NCBI GenBank assembly: GCA_011374625.1
Contig: DRPN01000138.1
Location: forward strand, 4,815 to 68,814
DNA length: 64,000 nt
Direction: 5' to 3'
DNA from: Bacteroidota bacterium
GTDB taxonomy: Bacteria; Bacteroidota; Bacteroidia; Bacteroidales; VadinHA17
Below are positions 57,324-64,000 of the stretch, one piece after another; within the stretch, counting starts at the first letter, position 1, and the number at the start of each line of letters is the position of its first letter. The notes under the pieces are model-generated. The model saw only the letters and a program-made list of their open reading frames with translations. It ran no database searches and was not told where the DNA came from. The translations under genes and the position numbers were made by a program.

Positions 57324-58607
57324 ATGAAAACAATCCCTGAAAGAAAATATTTTCGGGCGATCATCTTTGCCCTGTTTATCATGTCTCCGCTATGGTCTGT
57401 AGGTCAACCATCGCCGCAGGATACCCTGCGCATTATGTCTTTTCAGGGTACGGTGCTGGATAAGTGGACCCGGGAACCGGTGGTTTTTGCCAATGTATAT
57501 ATCGTAGGTACTAACATTGGAACAGTAACCAATACCGACGGGGGATTTATGATCAAGGTCCCAAGAAGGTATCTCAACAGGAAGCTGGGCATTGCCTGTC
57601 TGGGATATAAAAACATAGAATTTCCTATCCACAGCCTGAATCCCGTGGGAAACCGGTTTGAGATGGAACAGGCCCCCATCCCTATTCGTGAAGTGATGAT
57701 CGTGCAGAGCGATCCTGTCGAACTGATCCGGGAAGCTATTGACAGAATTCCTGAGAACTATTCTTCGGAACCGGTGATGATGACCTCATTCTACCGGGAA
57801 ACGATCATGAAAAACCGCACGTTTGTTGCAGTAGCTGAAGCGGTGCTGGAGACATACAAAGCCAGTTACAAACCCCTGGCAGAAGGCGACAGGGTAAGAA
57901 TCTACAAGGGCAGAAAAAGTGAAGATCTCCGGAGGCTGGATACCGTTTTATTAAAATTCCAGGGGGGACCTTACACTGCTTTCCTGTTGGATGTGGCAAA
58001 AAATAAAGGGAATCTGCTGATGCCTGATTTCGAGAATTTTTATAATTACAGTCTGGTAGGAAATATTGAGGTAGACGATCGCCTTGCGTATGTGATTGAA
58101 TTCGATCAGAAAGACGGGATCAGTTTCCCCCTTTACAAAGGGAAATTATTCATTGATATGGATACACATGCCTTTGTCGGGATGGAATTTTCTGTCAGCC
58201 CCAAAATGATTGAACATGCCACACCTTATTTCATTGTACGCAAACCGGCAGGTATGAAGATTGAGGTGCAGGATGCCAATTATCTGGTGCGTTACCGTCT
58301 GATCGACAATACATGGTATTTCAGTTATGTACGGGCCGAACTACGGATCAGGAGCCGGTGGAGGAAAAAACTATTCAGCTCTCGATATACCATTGTTTCC
58401 GAAATGGCCGTGACAGATATCGATCCGGGAAACGTGGTACGTTTCAGAATGCGGGAGACTACCCGGCTAAACGACGTGCTGGAAGACCAGGTGGCTGATT
58501 TTGAGGATCCCGGTTTCTGGGGTGAATATAATGTGATCAAACCCGACGAATCGATTGAGGAGGCCATAGAAAAACTGGGAAGGATACTCAGAAGAAGGGC
58601 CGATTGA
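57324..58607 (+). CDS. Carboxypeptidase-regulatory-like (CarbopepD_reg_2) domain protein
   Basis: 427 aa with a signal peptide, then FQGTVLDKWTREPVVFANVYIVGTNIGTVTNTDGGFMIKV. Confidence 0.6.
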   Translation: MKTIPERKYFRAIIFALFIMSPLWSVGQPSPQDTLRIMSFQGTVLDKWTREPVVFANVYIVGTNIGTVTNTDGGFMIKVPRRYLNRKLGIACLGYKNIEFPIHSLNPVGNRFEMEQAPIPIREVMIVQSDPVELIREAIDRIPENYSSEPVMMTSFYRETIMKNRTFVAVAEAVLETYKASYKPLAEGDRVRIYKGRKSEDLRRLDTVLLKFQGGPYTAFLLDVAKNKGNLLMPDFENFYNYSLVGNIEVDDRLAYVIEFDQKDGISFPLYKGKLFIDMDTHAFVGMEFSVSPKMIEHATPYFIVRKPAGMKIEVQDANYLVRYRLIDNTWYFSYVRAELRIRSRWRKKLFSSRYTIVSEMAVTDIDPGNVVRFRMRETTRLNDVLEDQVADFEDPGFWGEYNVIKPDESIEEAIEKLGRILRRRAD

Positions 58608-58640
58608 ACCACGGTAAATTTACCTGCCTGATAGCGGAGA

Positions 58641-59765
58641 TCAGGATATTCCGGTTGCTATTTCTTTTGCCGCTGCTTCCAGAAAGCTTGCCGCTTCTGA
58701 CAGGGCTTTTTCAGAAGGGCAGGAGGGAGGAGTGACCCTGACCAGTGATTTGATACCTGTTTCATAAAAACGTTCGGCTCCCTCACCCAGTGAACCGGCA
58801 AAAACAAGTACCGGTTTATTGAATTTTCGTGCTATGCCGGCAATACCCGCCGGTGCTTTCCCGTACAGGGAGGAGGCATCTACTCGACCCTCTCCGGTAA
58901 CAACCAGATCACACTCCCTGATTTCCTCTTCCAGTTTCAGGTACTGACTGATCAGTTCAAATCCGCTTTCCAGTGAAGCCCCCAGGAATGCCGTCAGTCC
59001 GGCTGCCAGTCCCCCGGCAGCACCTGTCCCGGGGATTTCTGAAATATCTTTTCCCGTCGTTTTCCTGATTAATTCAGCATACCGTATCATTCCTTCTTCA
59101 AGTTTTTCCACCATGGCTAAATCGGCTCCCTTCTGAGGTCCATACACACGGGCAGCTCCGTTTTTTCCGGTAAGGGGATTCCGTACATCACAGGCCACCC
59201 GGATGCGGGTGTTCCTGATACGGGTGTCGAGGCAGCTGGTATCTATGGTTTTGATCAGGGAAAGTGCCTGCCCGCCCCGGGGAACAGGCATGCCGTTCCT
59301 GTCGAGAAATTGTATCCCCAGCGCAATGGCCATTCCGGTTCCCCCTTCCACGGTGGCACTCCCGCCCATACCCATAATGATCTCCCGGCATCCGCTGTCC
59401 AGCGCTTCCCTGATCAGTTCGCCTGTACCGTAAGAGGAGGTATACCATGGATTTCTTTCTTCCGGTTTTAAGAGTTCCAGTCCGGAAGCTGCCGACATTT
59501 CCACCACAGCTGTTGATCCCCCGTCGATCAATCCCCAGCGGGCCATGACCGGACGAGCGAGGGGATCACACACCCTGCTGTTTATGAATTTCCCCTTTCC
59601 GGCATGTACCAGAGCCTCCACCGTTCCTTCTCCTCCATCGGCTACGGGCCGCACAACAAGTTCCGCTCCGGGTATGGATTGACGGAATCCCCTGGCCAGG
59701 GCTTCCGCGGCATCCCGTGCGGAAAGACTTTCCTTAAACGGGGCGGGAGAGATAAGAATTTTCAT
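58641..59765 (-). CDS. glxK: Glycerate kinase
   Basis: 374 aa with MKILISPAPFKESLSARDAAEAL, VADGGEGTVEAL, LVVTGEGRVDASSLYGKAP and the family-typical GGxA segments. Confidence 0.8.
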   Translation of the reverse strand: MKILISPAPFKESLSARDAAEALARGFRQSIPGAELVVRPVADGGEGTVEALVHAGKGKFINSRVCDPLARPVMARWGLIDGGSTAVVEMSAASGLELLKPEERNPWYTSSYGTGELIREALDSGCREIIMGMGGSATVEGGTGMAIALGIQFLDRNGMPVPRGGQALSLIKTIDTSCLDTRIRNTRIRVACDVRNPLTGKNGAARVYGPQKGADLAMVEKLEEGMIRYAELIRKTTGKDISEIPGTGAAGGLAAGLTAFLGASLESGFELISQYLKLEEEIRECDLVVTGEGRVDASSLYGKAPAGIAGIARKFNKPVLVFAGSLGEGAERFYETGIKSLVRVTPPSCPSEKALSEAASFLEAAAKEIATGIS

Positions 59766-59855
59766 TTTGTGGTGATAATAACAGGTGATACGGCCATTTT
59801 GTGTTAAAAATATATGTTACCATTGTTTTGTCAAATTTTTTAAAATCCATCTGTT

Positions 59856-60218
59856 GTGGAAATGGAATATCATACATACGGAGGTATGATCATAGCTGAA
59901 CTGATATGCCCCGCTCATTGTATCCGGGATACACAGGATATACTTGATTTGATGGCCACAGTCAGTTATTGCCGGGATGCCGCAGGGATCATGATCAAGG
60001 GGCCCCATCTTCCTGAAGATTTTTTTGATCTGCACACAGGACTGGCCGGTGAGCTTCTTTAAAAATGTTCCAACTACCGCTTTAACCTGGCGATTAAAGG
60101 TGATTTTTCGAATGTAAAAAGCCGGAGCCTGCGGGATTTTATCAGAGAAAGCAACCGGACAGGGAAAGTGCTGTTTGTTTCAGAAATTCATGAAGCAGTG
60201 CAAAAATGGGCCCGGTAA
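59856..60218 (+). pseudogene. DUF4180-like gene interrupted by an in-frame TAA at 60060..60062
   Basis: The track ORF ends ...FFDLHTGLAGELL*. My translation continues in the same frame: KCSNYRFNLAIKGDFSNVKSRSLRDFIRESNRTGKVLFVSEIHEAVQKWAR*, with the stop at 60216..60218. The joined ~120-aa product matches the DUF4180 pattern I recall (..FFDL.TG.AGE.LQKF.NY...LAI.GDFS...S.SL.DFI.ESN.G). The likely start is ATG at 59862. Confidence 0.6.
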
Positions 60219-60269
60219 AAAATCCAAGCCGGGAAAGTGAACCGCATAAGTAACTGAAATTCCCGGTGG

Positions 60270-60761
60270 TTATTCCTGCTTCTCTTTCTTTGAAGCAGTC
60301 TTTGCAGCGGCTTTTTTGGCAGCAGGTTTTGCGGCGCTTTTTTTCTTATTTCCCGGCGCCTCAGCGACCTTTTTCTCTGAGGCCTTTGTCTGACTCTCTA
60401 CCTTTTTCTTCTCTATTTTCTCTTCTTTCTCTTCCTTTGCGGACTTGGTTTTCTCTTTTGCCGCAGAAGATGTCTTTTTGGTTACTTTCTTCTTTGTTGT
60501 TGCGTTCTCTTCTTTTGCCTTTGTTGCAGGTGTTTTTTCTTCTTTTCCCTTATCTTCGGTTGTTTTTGCAACCTTCCGGGTTACTTCTTCTTTTTCTTTT
60601 ACAGGTTCTGCGGTATCAGGCGGAATTGACTCTGCCGCATTTTCGATTTTTATTAAAGGGGAAGGAGGAATGACATGTGTGTGCTTTTTTCTTCTGCGTT
60701 TTCTTCCGTAAGTTCCCCTGAATAGTTTGCCTCTTCTTGTTTTTATGTCTCCTTTTCCCAT
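60270..60761 (-). CDS. 30S ribosomal protein Thx (bTHX) fused to a ~135-aa Lys/Glu/Ala/Thr-rich tail
   Basis: The N-terminus MGKGDIKTRRGKLFRGTYGRKRRRKK matches Thermus Thx ([25 protein letters not shown], from memory). The rest is low-complexity KEEK/AAKK sequence. The polypyrimidine + strand produces shadow ORFs. Confidence 0.65.
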   Translation of the reverse strand: MGKGDIKTRRGKLFRGTYGRKRRRKKHTHVIPPSPLIKIENAAESIPPDTAEPVKEKEEVTRKVAKTTEDKGKEEKTPATKAKEENATTKKKVTKKTSSAAKEKTKSAKEEKEEKIEKKKVESQTKASEKKVAEAPGNKKKSAAKPAAKKAAAKTASKKEKQE

Positions 60762-61008
60762 AACGATCGGTTTAATGAATAAATCATCTAATGATGCATA
60801 AAAGTAGTAAAACTTTTTCAGGAAAAAATAAATGAGTCAAAAAGGAATGTGAAAACATGAATGGCATGATAATTGTATGTATTTAGAGGATTGCATTTTG
60901 TAGTGCTTTCTGTTTTAAATTGTTAAAAAAATAAAAAAAAGGAATTTTCTATAACATTTCTAGCAATTAAACGTATATATAATTAGGGAATTATTCCCGA
61001 AGTTTCAT

Positions 61009-61033
61009 AGGTTAGGTTAGGTTTAGGGTTAGG
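61009..61033 (+). repeat. Short TTAGG-like tandem repeat (ag gttag gttag gtttag ggttag g)
   Basis: Read directly from the sequence. There are four imperfect units, abutting the terminator stem. Confidence 0.6.
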
Positions 61034-61061
61034 CCCTGCGACGAGCAGGGCCTGATTTTTT
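61031..61061 (+). terminator. Strong intrinsic terminator-like hairpin oriented for the + strand, with no annotated + gene upstream
   Basis: A 9-bp GC-rich stem aggccctgc (61031-39) pairs with gcagggcct (61045-53) around a 5-nt loop, followed by gaTTTTTT (T6 at 61056-61061). On the minus strand the hairpin is followed by aaccctaaac, which is not U-rich. Confidence 0.6.
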
Positions 61062-61151
61062 ATAAAAAAATGAAAATATCGTTGGTTCAGTGCGGGATGA
61101 TTCGGATATAACCCTGTTATACTGAAAATAACGATGGTTTTCGGCTGGTAA

Positions 61152-62525
61152 TCAAAGGCCGAATTTCTGCATTTTATTGTACAAGGTTTGGCGGGCTATC
61201 TGCAGTTCGCGGGCTGTACGGCTTATGTTTCCCTGATTTCGCTTCAGGGCTTGTCGGATGCCTTCCTTCTCGATCTCCTCCAGTGTCATGGCACGCTGGG
61301 ATACAGTATTTTTATTCAGGGGATTTTTCCCGATCAGCTCGTCGGGAAGCAAAACCCCCGAATCATTCAGGATCACTGCTTTTTCCATTGTATGCTTCAG
61401 TTCTCTTACATTTCCGGGCCAGTTGTGCATAATCAGCTGGTCTGCTGCCTTCCTGGTAATTCTGGGCAAAGGTCTTCCGTATTTGGCGGCATACTGTTTC
61501 AGAAAATGGCGGGCCAGCAACAGAATATCTTCTTTTCTTTCTCGCAGCGGGGGTAACCGCAGTTCAATGGTGTTGATGCGGTAATACAGATCTTCCCTGA
61601 AGGTGCCTTTTCTGATCATATCTTGCAGGTCCTGATTTGTGGCGCATATAAGCCTGATATCGACGGGTATGATCCTGTTGGATCCGATGGGTGTAATACA
61701 ACGGTTCTGAAGGGCATTCAGGAGTTTCGATTGCAGGGGAAGGTTCAGGTTCCCTATTTCATCCAGAAACAGGCTGCCTCCTGAAGCCGTTTCAAATCGC
61801 CCTGTCCGGTCTGCCCCGGCGTCGGTAAAAGCACCTTTCACATGCCCGAAAAGTTCACTTTCAATCAGATTCTCGTGCAGGCTGCCCATATCCACGCTGA
61901 TGAAAATTTCATTCCTTCGTCTCGACTGCCTGTGCAGTTCCCTGGCAATTAGTTCTTTACCTGTTCCGTTCTCGCCGAGGATCAGGACGTTGGCATCGGT
62001 AGCAGCCACCTTTCTGACGGTTTCAGTAACCTTTTTAATGGCAGGCGATTGTCCCAGAAAAACCGTATAATCCCTGTTCAACTCTTCATGCAGGTGAGTC
62101 TGCCGGTTTTGAAGCATCCTGATGGTTTTTTTGCTCTGTTTGAGCTGGTATGCCGACCGGAGGGTAGAGACCATTTTTTCATTATCCCAGGGTTTCATAA
62201 TGAAATCGACCGCTCCTTCCTTGATTGCTTTTATGGCCAGTTCCACATTTCCGTATGCGGTGATCATGATTACCACCGCCTGGGGGTCTTGTTTCAGGAT
62301 ATTCCTCAACCAGAAAATTCCCTCGGTACCGTTGTTTTTCCCCGGGCTAAAATTCATGTCGAGCAATATAATGTCAACATCCTCCTTTTTCAGAATATCC
62401 GGTATATACTGAGGGTTTTTCAGGGTAAATACACGGTGAAATTCATACTGCAGGAAAATCTTCAGTGAATTCAGAATACTGTAATCATCATCTACGATCA
62501 AAATGTTGCCTTCATGCTTCTCCAT
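61152..62525 (-). CDS. Sigma-54-dependent response regulator (NtrC/AtoC family)
   Basis: 457 aa. It has a receiver domain (ILIVDDD..., DIILLDMNF), an AAA+ sigma-54 interaction domain (GENGTGKELIARELH, GAFTDA, ESELFGH) and a C-terminal Fis-type HTH (ISRTARELQIARQTLYNKM). No adjacent histidine kinase is present. Confidence 0.85.
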   Translation of the reverse strand: MEKHEGNILIVDDDYSILNSLKIFLQYEFHRVFTLKNPQYIPDILKKEDVDIILLDMNFSPGKNNGTEGIFWLRNILKQDPQAVVIMITAYGNVELAIKAIKEGAVDFIMKPWDNEKMVSTLRSAYQLKQSKKTIRMLQNRQTHLHEELNRDYTVFLGQSPAIKKVTETVRKVAATDANVLILGENGTGKELIARELHRQSRRRNEIFISVDMGSLHENLIESELFGHVKGAFTDAGADRTGRFETASGGSLFLDEIGNLNLPLQSKLLNALQNRCITPIGSNRIIPVDIRLICATNQDLQDMIRKGTFREDLYYRINTIELRLPPLRERKEDILLLARHFLKQYAAKYGRPLPRITRKAADQLIMHNWPGNVRELKHTMEKAVILNDSGVLLPDELIGKNPLNKNTVSQRAMTLEEIEKEGIRQALKRNQGNISRTARELQIARQTLYNKMQKFGL

Positions 62526-62893
62526 ATCATTCTTTGTGTATTAAAAGTGAACACCCGGTGTACGGTTATGGTACACATCCCGGTATGCTGGAAAACGGAT
62601 AATAAATAAATTTTACTTCTGAATCAGCAAAATAGAGTGTTTGCTTCCGAAGTATCCTCCCTTTTCTTATTCTTCCGAGCAAATATTGTTCCACATCATG
62701 ATATTTTGTACAGTACAGGCATTTGTGGAAGGAAATTTCTATTTGTTTTTCTGTAAAATAAAATTCTCATTACCTTGCATAAAAATCAGGATGAAACAAA
62801 CCTGTGTTGATGTCCTGTTCGTTTCCTGTCGTCCCATGAAGAATGCGGCATGTCAGTATACCTTAAAAACAGCGGAGTAAAAAGAAAATTCGG

Positions 62894-64000
62894 CATGATT
62901 ACAGCCACCAGCATTGTGGTGGCAAATATGATTGGGGCGGGTATTTTTACCACCACAGGCTTAATGGCTCAACATCTGCCCGGGCCTCTGTGGATCATGG
63001 CCTGCTGGTTTGCCGGAGGGATCATTGCCCTTTCCGGGGCTCTGTGTTATTCTGAGCTGGCTACCCGGATGCCTGACGACGGCGGCGAATTCATTTACCT
63101 GAAGCGGCTTTTTCACCCGGTCCTGGGTTTTCTTACCGGATGGACGAGCTTTTTTGTTGGATTTTCAGCACCTATTGCCGGAAGTGCCCTGGCTTTTTCG
63201 GAGTATTTTCTGGCCGGGCAGGCGTGGACGGAATCCCTTTTTCCCGGCGAAAGAGCTATGGCGGTGAAAGCGCTGGGCATATTGATCATCCTGGTATTTA
63301 CGGGAATTCATTATCTGGGGGTGCAAACCGGTTCCATTATGCAGAATATTCTCACGGTGATTAAAATCCTGATTATTCTGGGTCTTGGCATTACCGGCCT
63401 GTGTTTGGGGGGGGGTGACATTTCAAAGATCACTCTGTCAGTTGGAAGCGGAGGAAACATGGCCCTGGGTACGGCCATGCTGCTGGTCATGTTTTCCTAT
63501 AGCGGGTGGAATGCCAGCGCTTATATAGCGGGTGAAGTGAAGAATCCTGTCCGTACCCTCCCCATCTCCCTTCTCACGGGGACCTTTATTGTGATGGGCC
63601 TGTACCTTTTTCTCAATTTCTTTATTCTTTATATGATTCCATACGAGGAAGTGACGGGTGTTATCCCTGTAGTGGGACTGGCATCGGAAAAGGCATTCGG
63701 AGCCTGGGCAGGCAGAACATTGTCCATTCTGATCAGCCTGGCCCTGCTTTCTTCCCTCAGTGCCTATATTATCATTGGCCCCCGGGTGTATTATGCAATG
63801 GCCAGGGAAGGTTTGTTCTTCAATTTTGCATCTCAGATCCATAAAAAATTCGGTGTGCCCGGGAAAGCCATCCTGCTGCAGGGACTGGTTGCCGTGCTCA
63901 TGATCCTGGCTGGCACCCTCGAGCAGTTGCTGGTGTATATCGAATTTGCTCTGGGGGTATTCCCTCTGGTAGCCGTTGCCGGGATTTACCTGGCAAGAAA
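62894..64000 (+). CDS. APC-family amino acid permease (3' end beyond the right edge)
   Basis: My translation from ATG at 62894 reads MITATSIVVANMIGAGIFTTTGLMAQHLPGPLWIMACWFAGGIIALSGALCYSELATRMPDDGGEFIYLKR...FSYSGWNASAYIAGEVKNPVRTLP... It stays open to base 64000 (369 codons). It is absent from the track because it is open-ended. The true start may lie upstream (see findings). Confidence 0.75.

Noticed and set aside
60060-60062. Stop-codon reassignment (TAA as a sense codon)
   Set aside because: Many well-supported genes in this window end in TAA at the expected position, for example wzc and fnlA. A nonsense mutation or a base-call error is far more likely.
60266-60711. Two plus-strand ORFs (135 and 88 aa) rich in Leu, Phe and Ser
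   Set aside because: They are polypyrimidine shadows of the Lys/Glu-rich tail of the Thx fusion gene on the minus strand.
49499-62525. The TPR protein (49499..51736) and the sigma-54 response regulator (61152..62525) as PrsT/PrsR-like regulators of the exosortase system
   Set aside because: The analogy is tempting, but these genes lie 8-20 kb from the sortase-like gene with unrelated housekeeping genes in between. No PrsK-like kinase is adjacent, and I found no convincing -24/-12 promoter by eye upstream of the EPS operons.
1-64000. Scan for CRISPR arrays, rRNA, tRNA, prophage or classical defence genes (restriction, Cas, toxin-antitoxin)
   Set aside because: I noticed no regularly spaced direct repeats, no rRNA- or tRNA-like segments, and no nuclease, helicase or methylase gene sets. 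The only mobile-element trace is the decayed transposase at 27957..28494.

Overview
The window looks like a chromosomal segment of a Bacteroidota bacterium. Supporting markers are a T9SS PorP/SprF gene with a type-B C-terminal-domain cargo, a Bacteroides-type xylulokinase, GH127, an ECF-sigma triad and ribosomal protein Thx. I saw no rRNA, tRNA or CRISPR array. (1) Bases 363-31848 form one long, almost uniformly plus-strand surface-polysaccharide locus. It encodes a Wzc-type co-polymerase/tyrosine kinase, Wzy, Wzx, seven GT-B glycosyltransferases, WecE plus a GNAT (Fuc4NAc-type logic) and FnlABC (UDP-L-FucNAc). It also carries an unusual tailoring block: two paralogous ATP-grasp ligases, two FemAB-like transferases, a radical SAM enzyme, a CapA-like protein, a CE4 deacetylase, a Cys-less AsnB-like enzyme and an internally duplicated Cys-rich protein of unknown family. 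A decayed IS5-like transposase relic cuts the locus at about 27.96-28.49 kb. (2) 31.8-37.1 kb (minus strand) is a T9SS cargo module: a pectate-lyase-fold type-B CTD protein, PorP/SprF, and a PD40+SPOR protein split by a frameshift in a G9 tract. (3) 37.4-41.5 kb (minus strand) is the unit I rate most interesting. It holds a Wza-type exporter, a Bac_transf sugar transferase without an obvious membrane anchor, a tiny secreted His/Arg-rich protein ending in a PEP-CTERM-like Pro-x-Asp / TM helix / basic-cluster signal, and an exosortase-like polytopic membrane protein with candidate Cys/Arg/His residues. Together with the FemAB-like, AsnB-like, deacetylase, Wzc and Wzy genes, this matches the gene inventory of exosortase (EpsH)-type EPS systems as I recall it. 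To my knowledge no substrate has been established for these systems in Bacteroidota. (4) 41.6-64 kb is ordinary metabolism and regulation: NPP phosphodiesterase, SLC12-like transporter, UDG4, ECF sigma operon, TPR protein, Pcm, xylB, GH127, glycerate kinase, a sigma-54 response regulator and an APC permease. Smaller oddities there are an in-frame TAA inside a DUF4180 gene, Thx fused to a ~135-aa Lys/Glu/Ala-rich tail, and an orphan intrinsic terminator beside TTAGG-like repeats. All family assignments come from motif recognition by eye on the supplied translations and my own translations. None has been verified by a database search.
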